The notes: generated by a model from the letters alone, not told the origin. A stretch of DNA of 63,998 nucleotides, filler included, from Blastocystis sp. subtype 4 (GCF_000743755.1; 7 parts of 7 records of this genome joined end to end with filler, not necessarily neighbours in it), one strand, 5' to 3'. Positions 17,000 through 30,032 are shown, counted from the first letter of the whole stretch. A program made the numbers and translations.

Positions 17000-19900
17000 A
17001 TTGGAGATTCTCTCGAATCGTACCACTGAAGAGAACAGGTTCTTGATTCACAGCACCTAGTTGAGCACGATACCAATCCAGATTCAGAGTCTCCACATCC
17101 TCTCCAGCCAGTTTGATCACTCCAGTTTGAGGTCGATAGAGTCGTTGAATGAGGGAAATAATAGTACTCTTTCCACAACCACTAGGACCCACAAAAGCAA
17201 CAGATTTGCCTTGAGGGATGGTGAAGGATACAGATGATAAAACACGAACATCAGGTCGAGAAGCATAGGCAAATCCTACCTGATCAAACACAATATCTCC
17301 ATTCGTCCCCTCCGCTTTAATTGCTCTGGAATCTTCATTCTCATTCTTCTCATTCAACAGAGCAATGACATTATTAGCAGATTGTTGGGCCAGTTTCAGA
17401 GATGCAGTATAAGCGACATTAATGCCAATGAACTGTGCACACATATACACAGCCATCATCACAACAAACATGTTGGTGAACGTTGTCTCACCCCGAGCAA
17501 CCATCCCTGCTCCTACTGCAAGTGTGATCAGCATATATGAGGATGGGAGGAAGGTAGCAAGCCCTTGACCCAAGGCTGAGTGTGTAGATCGCTTGTTGGT
17601 AAGCCTATCTGTTGAAATAAGCGATGTTTTGATTTGATCTAATAGGACTCGTTCGAGATTGTAAGCATGAATCGTATGGATATTCAGCAAATAGTCTGTT
17701 ATCTCCCCAGATCGCTTTGTCAACTCATTGTCAATGGTTTCTGTAACACGGAACACAATCATATTCTGAAAGTACTCAACAACTACCAAAAGGGGAGAGA
17801 GAATGATTGCTATGATTGCAAGTTTCCAGTTTCCTGTTGGTCCAAAGCATAGGACAAGACAGAATAATGCAAGAAGACAGTTTTCAATAAGAGGAGAGAT
17901 TCGATCTATGATATCTCGGATACGGCGACCATCAATACTGAGACGAGAGATCAGAACAGAAGGAAGATGGCGAGGATCGTCAAAGAAAGCAGCAGGACTT
18001 TGAATCAGTTTCTGGAAGCATTGAGATCGAATATTGACGATGATTTCCTCACCCACGATAGCATGAAGCGACCAATTCTCATAAGTACCCACCATGTTAA
18101 GTATACCTGCAATCAGTACAGGGATGTTGAGCATTCCACCATAATGAACGAACTCAGATAGATCCTTTTCATAGAATAGACCTTGAATCGTTGCACTGGC
18201 ATAGGCATAAGCTGGAGGGAAGAATACACGACAGATGGTACCAATGAGTCCAACCCAGAAAAGATAAGACTGTTTACCAGCAAAATGGAGAATCTCGAAG
18301 AAACCGATTCGCTTCATATCACTCTTAGAAATCTCATCAATAAGAACGTTGTCTCCTTTCGTATCTCCCTTGTTCTTTGTTGGATCTACTTCTGATTTCT
18401 TCTCCTCATTCTTCTCTGTAGGTGTTGTGGGTGCACTCATTCCAACATTCTCTTGACTTTCATACAAACCAGCATATACTCCCTTCGCCTCCATCAGTGA
18501 ATCATGTGTTCCTTCTTCAACAACATGTCCTTCATCCATTACCACAATATGATCACAGTTCCGAATACTACTCAATCGATGTGCTACTATCACAATACTC
18601 AAGCTGCCTCCTTCTTCAACACTCATTGTTTTGATGTGTTCGATAGCCTTCTGAACAATGGCCTCACTCTGAGTATCCAAAGCACTTGTAGCTTCATCAA
18701 GAATTAAGACACGCGGACGACGAAGCAAAGCACGAGCAATGGCAATCCGCTGCTTCTGTCCTCCAGAAAGAGAAGTACCTAACTCACCAACAAATGTATC
18801 ATAACCCTTTGGGAAAGATCGAATGAAACGGTCAGCCTCCACAAGTTGTGCTGCTTGAATCATCTCTTCTTCTGTACAGTCCTCTCTTCCATACATGATA
18901 TTCTCTCGAATCGTTCCAGAGAAAAGAACAGGTTCTTGAGCAACATAACTAATCTGATTTCGTAGCCACTGAGTGGACAGTAGCGACACGTCTGTATTAT
19001 TCCATGTGATGACACCTTTCTGAGGCTTATATAAACGCATAAGGAGTTTCAACACTGTTGATTTTCCACAACCACTCTCACCAACAATCCCCAGCATCTC
19101 GTTATCACGGATTGTTAGATTGAGTCCTTGCAACACCTGAATATCTCTTGAAGCGTACTTGAAATCAATGTCTTTGAAACAGATTTCTCCATGACTGCTC
19201 TGAGGAGTCACTGGAGACTCAGCTTCTGTCATCTCATCTTTGTGATCAATGACATCAAGAAAGTAGGCAGCAGACATACGAGACTTCTCCAGTACTTGGA
19301 GACAAGTGAAAGAGTTACCAATTCCAATGAAGGAATTCAGAACAGCATAGACAAGGATGGCTACTTCACTTCCCACTAGACATCGATTCCCACTTTCATA
19401 CCAGCACTGCATCACTTCGGTACATATCGATGCACAGATTCCAGATGTGATATTACTGAAGCAAACATCAACATCATTTGTAGCCACTGATGTACAGTTA
19501 TTGGTATACAAGTCAATTGGATAGTGTTTACGATCATTATAGGCAATCACAACAGCAAACACATAGATGAGGGCATTGACTATCATATTCGATCCAGACA
19601 TACCACCAAGAGCACAACCAGCTTCTCTCATAATCTTCTTTGCTACATTACCACAATCTTGCACAATCTTGTAGTATTTGTTACTAAACTTCCTCTCAGC
19701 TCCCAGAGAAGCAACTGTCTTCACATTTCGCAAAGCCTCCTCTGCAACTGAGTCTGCTTCTTGATGCTCCTTCATCACTAGCATACTCCAGTTACCCATT
19801 GACATACCGAATCGCATTCCAGCATAACTCAGGATTGGGAAGGCAATAATGGAAAAGACAGTTAGTTTCCAGCTCTAGGGATCACAACTATTCAAAGAAT

Positions 19901-20530
19901 GAACAAAATAAAAGCCGACCACCAATCCACAGACTAATGATGCAAGCGAACGAGAGAGTAAGCCAAGACCAGGTCCTAATCCATCAACGATTCTAGAAGA
20001 CTCTTCAGAGAATCGTTGTCCAAGTCTCCCCGGACTGACACTCTCAATATATTCGACATCATGATGCAGCAATGATTCGACATAGGTTTTACGAAGGCTT
20101 CTAGTAACACTCTCTGAAATAAGAATCCCGCCAAAATGTATACCTGCAAAATATCCAAGCAGAAGTCGTTCTATGAATGCAAACAGTGCAGAAGCAACAA
20201 GAGTCGAAGCATACCAGACAAGAGAACTGGTGATACGACTCAAATCAATGTCAGTCATGTTCAAATCATCAAATACATAACCAAAAAACAGAAAAGAGAG
20301 AGTGGAAACAACGCCAGAGAGGATGGAACCTATGATGGATACCACTAGAAGAACTAACATATGTAGCCGCATACCATTGCGATACGTTGACCTCTAGTAG
20401 AGAAACGGTTGAACAGAACAGACACAGAAACAGGTCGTAATTCGTTTGTTGACGTCTGAACACTTGAATGATTCATCTCTTCACTATTGCCAGATGCAAC
20501 AGGTACCAATCCTATATCTTTACCACTCAT
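17000..20530 (-). CDS. Full-size ABCB/MDR (P-glycoprotein-like) transporter, 3' truncated
   Basis: TMD-NBD-TMD-NBD layout; GESGCGKST, LSGGQKQRIAIARA, ILDEATSALD; second NBD GPSGCGKST. Confidence 0.93.
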
Positions 20531-20577
20531 TATTCAAAAGAATGAAGAATGGAGAACCAACTGAAGAGAGGCCGAAG

Positions 20578-20599
20578 CTGATTGGTTAATATTAACCAA
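20578..20599. promoter_or_regulatory. CCAAT-like element inside a perfect 18-bp palindrome upstream of the ABCB gene
   Basis: TTGGTTAATATTAACCAA at 20582..20599, about 50 nt from the ATG. A similar ATTRRCCAAT occurs upstream of other genes. Confidence 0.4.
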
Positions 20600-20966
20600 A
20601 ACCGAATCATCCTTTGATACAAATTATCACCCGAATAGAGCCTAATCAACGATAAAAATAGATCCAAAGGTATGCATTGGATGTATTACGACAAACTGCA
20701 ACTAGAGAGAAACAATTTTTACTTTGCCGGGAAAAGATATGACAAAAAGTAGCCTTTACAGATTGAGTTGCAAATAGTTCTGTCAGAATTAACAACTCAT
20801 AGACACTTCAATAAAATAAAAATCAAGAAGAATAAGTAATTCTACCATTAACACATGAGAATGAAATGTGCTGATAACTTTCACAATGGATAGGAACAAA
20901 TGAAGTAAATGAAACAAAATGGAAAGGAAGAATCAAAACTCACAACAAACAAAGAAGATAAAAGAA

Positions 20967-21780
20967 TCATATATAGAAAAGAGAGAATAAAAGAGGAATT
21001 CCAGTTTCATCTTCAAATCTCTTCTTCACATCACAAGCTTCACGTTCTAAACAACTACATTTGTTTAACTATCATTCAATCAATATAATATCAAAATACT
21101 AATTCTGCTAAATGAAGAGCATTACGAGCTCCTTCACGAGCGGAAGAAGGACGATCTTGAACATGAAGATTGAATACAAATATCGGTTTCATATCAATAC
21201 ATCCACGAAATTGAAGATCTATTCATTCAACGAATACAATAACATACTTACCTTCTAAAACTAAATCGAAAACTCGTTCATCAAAACATATACAAACATC
21301 AATATCATTAATCTTTCTTTCATCTTGAAATCGTTGAGGAGCTCGTTTCACTCGCATATCTCTTTGAAGCATCGGAATTATCTCACGCTTTGTGAAACTA
21401 TATTATTATCATCATTCATTATCATTCATACAATTCTTTGTTCTTATCAATTAAGTCATTTAGAATCAACTCATAATCTGTTCCAAATTTGTATCTAACA
21501 TTCATCATTTCAAAATATTCATACGATAAAGGAGTTTTAGCAGTCAAACCAGGAATCTTTATCTCACTTCCTGTTCCATATGAAACAACATTAAGATTGT
21601 TCTTCTATGAATCAATCATATACAATTCAATATTCACTTCAAAGAGATCATGAGCTTCCATACTTCGATTCACATTTGAAGAACATATCGTTGCAAATCG
21701 ATATCCAACACTATTCAAACTCATTATCAATTCTATTATCATTATCAATTCTCATTCAAAATACCTTCGATTTTCATCAT
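20967..21780 (-). CDS. SSU72: RNA polymerase II CTD phosphatase Ssu72
   Basis: Spliced reading RFATICSSNVNRSMEAH...VSYGTGSEIKIPG...VCICFDERVFDLV. Not in the supplied ORF track because of short exons. Confidence 0.9.
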
Positions 21781-21851
21781 TCAACAAATACTTCACAATT
21801 TGATTATCTAAATCACAAACTATCATCAAATCAAACTAATTCTATTCATTC

Positions 21852-23783
21852 ATGACTTCTGAAATTGAGGATCAATCTATAGAAGTTGATTCTCATGTAT
21901 ATTCATTCTCTTACTCTTAACACTAGGAGAAGTGTTCTTTCTGTTATCGAATATTCAATAGTCGACCTGCTCTTCGATATCATCAAGTTTCATATATTAT
22001 CATTCTTCAATTCTAGTCTATTTGTCCTTTCAATCCTAACTCACCTCGATTCTCACTTATCTGTTGTTTCTGTCAATTGTATATCATTCATTCTATATTC
22101 ATTTATTAGTCAAGCATCCACTTCTGAAGAGATACTTCAACATTTACACTCTCTTCATCAACGAGGTCCTATTCCTCGATTCTGTAAAGGACGATATTGT
22201 AAATCTTCTCATTCTACTCGCTCTATTCCACTCAATCTTCCTTCTCATCCACTTCTTACAGGAACTCTTCCTCAATCTCTCTTTCATTCTTCATATCACT
22301 TCATTTCAGACTTCACTCTTCCTGGACTTCAAAATGACCCTCTTTCAATTCATATTCCTTCAGGTGAATTGAAACTCAAGAGTTATGATACTGAACTACT
22401 TGATTCAAATTGTATTGTGTTAAACTGTGGAAATGGAATTGTAACTAGTTCTATGTTCAATGGATATATTGCAATAAGTTGTGTTGATAATCAATATGGC
22501 TTACTTCTTCCTCATCGTTCCTTTCAATCCACTTCACAATCCATTTCTAATTATCACAATATTATCACAATCTATTCAATATCAAATCCATTATCAATCA
22601 AACCCATTCTTCATCTCGTTCATCAGCATTCTTATGCTATTCAATTGTGTTGGATTCCCATTCCTGAAGAATGTGAAGAGATCATTGGATTGTTAGGATG
22701 TGTGTATGTAGATGGAAGTGTTGATATTCTGAGTGTAGAACTATTGAATAGAACAAACTCTAGATTCCTCATATTCAATCTCATTCTTCTTCTCCTCCTG
22801 TAATTGAAATCACTCCTTCTATTCATATTGAAGAAGAAGAACGAATCACAACAATGAATACACATCGTTGGTTTCGTGATATTCTTCTATTCGGATATGA
22901 GAATGGAAGTGTGATTATGAAACAATTTGAAGATAAGAATGGATTGAATCTAGTAAGAATGAAGATAAGAATTGATTAAAGAGAACAATGAATGTATTGA
23001 AAGGAAATCATAGTCAATTCGATCGATGTGGAATTCGAAGTATTGTGAGTAGTTATGTGAATCGAGAAGAGTTGATTGTTTGTGAAGATGTGAAGAATTG
23101 ATAATCAAGATGATTGATAGAGTGGAATTGTGAGTATATGGAATGTATGTCGACCAGAGAATTGTATGAAGAGTTGGGATGTTCAAGAGGATATTCGAGG
23201 ACTGATAATCACTCGTGAATTGATGAAAGAGGGGTATGAATGATCAATTGAATGATAATCAGAACAATTGGAATCGTTTGTGAAAATCAAATTCGATGTA
23301 AACAAGTAAATTCAGGTGGATTTCGAATAATGTAAGGATAAATGAATGATTTGATTGAAAGAGAAGAGAGTAAAGGATTGATTGGGGATGTGTATACAAA
23401 TGAAGATGAAGGTTTGATTGTCTATTGTACGAGTAATGGAAGAGTTCATTATTGGAACAAAGTGGATAATTGGTTGAAACAGAGTACTCGTAAAGTCTCT
23501 ACGAAATCAACAGGAATGAACTGGGGTCGATTAGATGTGATTTGTTCAGAACAACGAATCGATCCTCCTGTTTGTGAAGCCTTGAATATGAAAGGAGTTG
23601 AACTGATATTGAATGGAACTTCAAATCATGATAGAAACAAATCTGTATGTATGAATGATTATCGAAATAGCTGGTAAGAGAAGAAACAAGAACTAAAAGT
23701 GTAGGACTTGTGTAAGTAGTTGGAATAGATATGTTGGATTTGGTGGATTACATGGATTGTATGTAGTATGCATCTTAAAATGA
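21852..23783 (+). CDS. WD40-type protein, possibly TFIIIC subunit Tfc6/GTF3C2
   Basis: IQLCWIP...IGLLGCVYVDGSVDILSV and C-terminal WNRYVGFGGLHGL resemble Tfc6/TFIIIC110. Multi-exon; start uncertain. Confidence 0.45.
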
Positions 23784-23799
23784 AATGTTTGTTAATGAA

Positions 23800-24455
23800 A
23801 TGAGTGACTGGAGAACAATTCACGAACAGAAGAAACAGAAGAAACGATTTGATAACGAAATTCAATTCGGGGACCTGAATTATGATGAAGATGAGGACGA
23901 TGAAAGTGAGACTATCATCGACAATTCAACAACACAAATAAATCAGGATGAAGACAAAGAAGAGATTCATATGGATGAAGAAACTCTACATAAGCTAGTA
24001 GGCGACATTGGTGTAGGATAAGTATTTCAGGAAAAGAAGGCAAAAATTCGATCTTCAATGAAACGTGCAGCCAAATTTGGCTTAAGTGCCGGCTGTATGT
24101 TGGGAGGAATGTTGGGTGTCTATGATGCTTTCCGTCCAACTGCGAATCAGAAGTTCAACATGAGCATAGGAATGAAGAATATGTTATGCAGTGTTCCTTA
24201 TGGTTTGTTGACTATGGGAGGGTAGGAGTGTCTTATTCTATGCATTTTAGATTTTTCACAATCTATCAATTGGTAAAAGTTGGTATGATGAACTATCGTG
24301 AGAGTTTTGATTACTATAACAATGTTACTGGTTGCGCAGTTGGTATTCTCCCCTTTATTAAAGTTCCTTTTATGCGTCGTTATATTCTGTATCCATTCAT
24401 TCTTTTTGGCTTTGATGTTTTTGGTGACTGGCGTGAACGTCATGGAAAGAACTAA
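23800..24455 (+). CDS. Tim17/Tim22/Tim23 (PRAT)-family-like membrane protein
   Basis: Spliced: acidic N-terminus, KFGLSAGCMLGGMLG Gly-zipper TM, YRESFDYYNNVTGCAVG. Confidence 0.5.
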
Positions 24456-24517
24456 AGAGCCTTTCATTTATGCTGTTGTTTGTTGGAATCATTCATCATT
24501 TGATTATTGTTTTCTTA

Positions 24518-25462
24518 ATGCTTTCTTCATTTGTGGAATCCCTGAAACGATCTGGATTTGATATTGCTGTACCCTTTTGCGGTAAATCTGTGAATGATTG
24601 TTGTTATGCTGTAGTGCAGACATATAATTCTTTGGTTCAGAAACGATTCCATCTTCCTGTTATGAATCAAGATAACACTCTTGCTATGTTAATTGGTATC
24701 GACACAGTTATCCCTCAATCTCAGGAAATTCACGACAGTTATGGCCCTTATTCATTCAATATCTTGTTGATAAACAATATATTGTGAATTCAACTCCTAA
24801 TCCATTGGATGAGTACTATTTTTATTATTTCTGATATTTAGCTATACTGTAAAGTGTGTAACTGAGGCATTAAAGGGATTTCCTGTTGAGAATTCGTGTT
24901 ACTACACATTTGAGATGAAGGTACATCGTTTACTTCCGTTCCAACGTATCAGTGAAGTAAATGATGTCTCTCTGTTATATTATAGATAAGTGGTCTCTGT
25001 GAGAATAGTCAGAAGAGTCATTTGTGCTATAACTCTATGTATGGCTCGTGGCTTGGACTTAGAGCCGTGGTTGTGTTTGATTTAGATTATAATTGTGCAG
25101 CTGAGTATGTTGTACCCAAAGCTGAAAAGTGCATTTGTGAAGGTATGATAGTTATCAAGTCTTTAAATATAGAATGTGATGAAAAAGCTAAGCACATTCT
25201 GGATGAACTAATGTTGACTACGGATTATTGTGCTGACAAGCACAAAGATGCCGTTTGGAGAAAATGGCTTTCTCTTCGAACGATATGTGAGGAACAAAAA
25301 TTCCCATATTCGTGGAATCAAGCTGCATATCACTATTCAAAGAATCAACTCTACTTGAAAGGAGACATGGATCGTGTTCAAAATGGGACGTTTAAGCCTA
25401 CATATGATTGGATACCTGATTTCAATAAGGATATCCTTCATTACAGAGAGAATGAGTATTAG
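24518..25462 (+). CDS. MMACHC: MMACHC/CblC-like cobalamin-processing protein
   Basis: Spliced: GFDIAVPF..YN...TLAMLIGNSRQLWPLF...PNPLD...LPFQRIS...YGSWLGLRAVVVFD...W.KWLSLR...YSWNQAAYHYS. Confidence 0.75.
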
Positions 25463-25610
25463 TAGTATTGTTTCTTCTTATGCATCTACACTTGATTGTA
25501 AATAGAATAATGCGAATATTCATGATATCTTTTTAACCATTACATTGTTCCCGAAATACTCCCAATTTCTGAGTTCATGATAAACTCTCAGTTCTTCATG
25601 ATTATAGAGA

Positions 25611-28243
25611 ATGGACATATTGCAACATCTTGCAACAATTGATGACATCAAGAACGAACTAGAAAAGGTAAAAGAGGAAGAACAAAGTCTCAGTCGCCAA
25701 ATTCTATTCAACCTCACCGGAAACCAAGATTATTATGACCCTCAAGCATGTACAGATGTCGTAAAGTCAAGTGCAATTGAATATAACCGGATTGCTTCTG
25801 ATCTGCGGACGATGGGTTCTTCCGTAAAAGGTAATATTTCATAGCTCCTAACTCATTTTGCAGGGATTACAGAAGAGATAGCATCGATTTGCGAAGAAAT
25901 GGATACATGTAGTGGAGATGCTTTGGAGGCTAGTAAAAGTATCAAATACTATAACACTCTCAAAGTCGACTCGGTTCTATTCTTTCATTTGTGTAGGTGA
26001 ATGCAAGCAAGTCTCTAGAACTGGTTACAGCTATGATTGATCTCAATAAATCGGTTTCAGGAGTAGAAATGGATATTCTTGATAAACTCTAGATTGAACA
26101 CTCTTTGGAGAATGAGGAATATGAAAAGGCCACAGATTATATTTTGAGGTATCGTAAGGCAATTTTGACGGGTGATATCAGTACCAAGGATGAGACCATT
26201 ATGGAGAAGGTACTGATAATTCTTTCAATCAACATCTAGTCAACAGAAACATTAATTAAAGCCTTATTAGAACAGCTAGACTTAAATGTCACAAAGAAGA
26301 AAACAGTTCAGGTATTCCGCTACTGTCATCTTCTCGACAGTCTTGGAGAAGGCCGTTCAATCTTAGATAAGTAGGAAAAACACGGTGCTCTCTGATGTAG
26401 GTTGGTGACGTATTTGATGGCAGAAATGGTGGATCAGAACAATAAGGACTTTTCGTTGTTGCAAAATCAGCGATCTTCACTCAACATTGGTGTTGTAGTC
26501 GGAAATCTTCTCGGAAATCTGTTTAAAAAGGCTGTCGATCTTGTAAATGAATATGAAGAGCAAATTGAGACGAATTTCGTGATGGAGAGTGATTCTTTGA
26601 ATTGACAGTAATCGTTAGATACTGCATATCTGTACTTCCTGCGTTGTGTTTATCTCCATTGTGATAATCAGTGTTCACGAATTCTCACATATTACAATTC
26701 CATTCGTGATCTGTCTGCAATCAACGATAATTCCAAACAACTCCTCCAGCAATACATCACAGCTGAAAATGGCGTTGAAAATCGTGATTTAGATCAGTTG
26801 AATCAGGTACTCAATGAGATTTCACTTCTTCTTCAACACAATGAGTCATTCACTCGATACTTCGCAGGCAAGATTAGTGATGCCTATCTCTTTGTGAGTC
26901 AGAAACCAGTGCCCGATAAAACAGGGATTGAGAAATACCCTTCTCACACTGTATTACCTGGTGAACTTGTGAAGGTGATGACTCTAATTGAACAGAAGAA
27001 ATGCCTACCACAAAGTAACCAGTTACCATCGTTCCGAGTGAGTGTTTCTTGATTATCATGAAATAGATTGTTCAGGTATTCTGTCAGATTTACATTGCTC
27101 TAGAAGAAAGTTACACTGTACTGTATTTTACGAATCTATCAGTTTAGTTGTATTCATTAAATCGTTCTCTGTTTAACGTCGTTTGTGATACAGAGTCTCA
27201 TTGTACAAGTCTTCCTGAAGAAGCTTTCTATCTCTTTGAAATCATTGCTACACGTGCTATCTCTCAAGGCAATAGTCGGAATATCTGTACAGTGATTAGT
27301 ATTATCAAAGGAAGTATTGACCAATATCTTCACAGTTTTCTATTATCAGTAATACGAGGCAGACGTATCCTTAATACAGGTCGTATGATTGCTATCTATG
27401 AGCCTGATAGATAGAACTGAAGTCAAGTTTGACTCGTGAACAATCAAGTATTGCTTATACAATGAATGACATCACTGTAAGTGTATCTGAGGAATATGAG
27501 AACTTAGACTTGTATTGATTATATGAACAAACTGTCAAATCGACTTGTTCAGAATATGATGGACGTATTCCCACAGATCCCTGCAAATGTTCGTAAGGCA
27601 ATTGATGAGATGACAAATGCATCACTCCTTCTTTTCAATAGTAGCGCTGAACTGATCATGCGTCGTATGTCGAGATACGTGTTGGTGAATGTTTAGGATT
27701 TAAGGAGATTCTTGGGCCTTTAGCTCAGAAAGTCGAGAAGAAGATTCTGTCTGGTTCTTACACAGCAATGTAGGGATAAAAGCAGATATTAACAAAAGAA
27801 ATGATGTTAAAGCTGAACAGATGGCTGACGAGTTACTATCAACTGTTGTAGCCATGATTCATCATTCAATTGATCCTTATATCGAACTTCTTCTTACAGA
27901 TACAGTAACAACCATGTTAAATGAATTCTCTCTCATTCTTGCCGGTCGATTAGAGAACAGTCTGAGTCGATTGAAGTATTCGCAGCAAGGTGTACTGGAA
28001 TTGGACAAGGTGATTCGTGGAATCTGTACTGAGCTTATTAATGCTGGAGGAAGTGAAATTCGAACTAACTTTGGAAAAGTCAATCGACTTGTGGCTATTC
28101 TTAGTTGTGATGATGTGAAACTGGAACTAAGGACTGATGTGTAGGTTTCAAGTGCTATGTCTATTGTGATAAATGATAAGGATGCTCTTACGAGTGATCA
28201 AGTCAAATCTATATTGGATTTACGTGTGGATATCAGAGGTTAG
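25611..28243 (+). CDS. COG4: Conserved oligomeric Golgi complex subunit 4
   Basis: DLDQLNQVLNEISLL, DYIALEE, TSLPEEAFYLF...RAIS, GVLELDKVIR...IRTNFGKV, LTSDQVKSILDLRVD. Confidence 0.75.
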
Positions 28244-28279
28244 CATATCGGATGCTGTTTGTTTGACTAAGGGATCCCA

Positions 28280-29926
28280 ATGATTTCTAGTCGTGATATC
28301 TACAATACACAAAGTAACCATAGTATTGGGACTGGAATGGATCTATCAGCTCGAGCTATCATTTTCTTGATTGGTTTTATTCTTGCTTGTGTCTTCGTTA
28401 TCTTTCCGGTTCGAATCACTCCCAAAAAGTCGAAACGAAATCTATTCCTTGATTACTCGACAGTGCCTATTCTCATCACGGTCCTTCTCTTTGTATCAAC
28501 TTGTTTGCCATGGGTTGTGATTGTTCGTGGTACATTGGGAAAGGACTCTCCAGCATGGGCAATGGATGAAACTAGTTCCAGTTACTTGGTCCCGTATACT
28601 GTCATCATTTTGTTTATGTCTTTGGCCTATGTCTGCACGTCAGCTGATTTCACAAAGTGTTTTATATATATTGCAAACAAATTCTCAAAGTTGGCTATGA
28701 GTTCTCGGAATCCCAACATTGTGGGTCTCTCCCTTTTCACACTGTTGGCTGCTATATTTACTCTCACTACAAGCAATGACATTGTAGTACTAACGCTCAC
28801 CCCCATTATTCTGGAGTTTTCAAGGAAAACAGATCCTCGTCTTCTTCTATCTCTTCTTTTAGCCGAATTTTGTTCAGCTAACTCATTTAGTGCTGGACTT
28901 TTGAGTGGTAATCCTTCCAACATCATTCTTTCATCAGTTTTCCGAATTGATTTCATCACATATCTGAAGTATCTATTAATTCCTGCTATTTGTAGTGGTT
29001 GCTGCGTATATGTCTATTGTATCATTCTGGCCAACAAATCTGGAATCAAACAATCATCTAACACTTCAAATCATGAAGTAGAACTTAGTGTTGTTCCACC
29101 CAAGAACACTCTTGAACAGACTTCGAATCTTCATTCTGTTCTTGTATCTAATGAAGTTCACGGTGATAAAAAGGAGGAAGTTGTAATCTCCCATACAGAG
29201 AAAAAGGAAGTGATTCCATGTCCTGAGAAGGATGAACAGATCGTTCTTTCGCTAAATGGAATATTGGCCTTGGGGATTCTGCTTCTGTTATTCTGTTTGT
29301 TCTTGTTGTCGACAGCGATTCAGAATCGATGGCCAGTGGTACAGTTCTGGCACATAGCTGTTTTCGTTTTACTAATTACATTGATTAAGGATTTCATTGT
29401 ATATCGAGAGAAGCCATCTACAATCTGGATGATCATCAAATCCCTTCCATGGAAAGTTCCTCTCTTTCTGCTCTCCATGTTTATTCTTGTTGAAGGAGCA
29501 TCCTACTACAATATCACCACTTCTATTGCAAATGGTTTTGCCAAGGTAATTGTTACTCCTGTGGTGAATATGGGTGATTTTGCGGTTGCCATTGTGTTTG
29601 ATTTGTTGACTTGCATTGCTTGCATCATATTCAATAACCTCCCTGCAACCATTTTTATTACTCGAATTATCAGTGAACAGCCAGTAAAGGATGCATTAGG
29701 AGATAAGTTGATCCTTGCTACATTTAGTACTTCTGCAGGAACAAACTTTGGAGCATGTATTCTCCCTCATGCTTCGTTAGCTGGATTGATGTGGTCCTCC
29801 CTTGTGAAGGATTCTACTGTTTTGAAGAAAGTGTGGGTTCATGGATCGATCATCTGTTTGCTGCTTGTAATCATGTGTTCCCTTATGCTTACCTTTATGT
29901 CTTTGATTCTTTCTTTTGTTTGTTAA
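28280..29926 (+). CDS. ArsB/NhaD (ion transporter superfamily) permease, intronless
   Basis: About 12 TM helices; TTSNDIVVLTLTPII, GNPSNII, LPWKVPLFLLSMFILVEG, FNNLPATI, GTNFGA...SLAGLMW. Confidence 0.85.
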   Translation: MISSRDIYNTQSNHSIGTGMDLSARAIIFLIGFILACVFVIFPVRITPKKSKRNLFLDYSTVPILITVLLFVSTCLPWVVIVRGTLGKDSPAWAMDETSSSYLVPYTVIILFMSLAYVCTSADFTKCFIYIANKFSKLAMSSRNPNIVGLSLFTLLAAIFTLTTSNDIVVLTLTPIILEFSRKTDPRLLLSLLLAEFCSANSFSAGLLSGNPSNIILSSVFRIDFITYLKYLLIPAICSGCCVYVYCIILANKSGIKQSSNTSNHEVELSVVPPKNTLEQTSNLHSVLVSNEVHGDKKEEVVISHTEKKEVIPCPEKDEQIVLSLNGILALGILLLLFCLFLLSTAIQNRWPVVQFWHIAVFVLLITLIKDFIVYREKPSTIWMIIKSLPWKVPLFLLSMFILVEGASYYNITTSIANGFAKVIVTPVVNMGDFAVAIVFDLLTCIACIIFNNLPATIFITRIISEQPVKDALGDKLILATFSTSAGTNFGACILPHASLAGLMWSSLVKDSTVLKKVWVHGSIICLLLVIMCSLMLTFMSLILSFVC

Positions 29927-30032
29927 TCTTAGTCACAGCTATACACTACGAATTACCTCTCACAATCATCAAGAATACATTACACAATCCTTTGACTAAT
30001 CAAACAAACACTTCAAACCCAAATAAACTCAC

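Noticed and set aside
27365..27414. GTATCCTT as a U12 5' splice site in COG4 (also at about 40765 in SMC6)
   Set aside because: Both lie in a sensible coding frame with no TCCTTMAC branch motif downstream.
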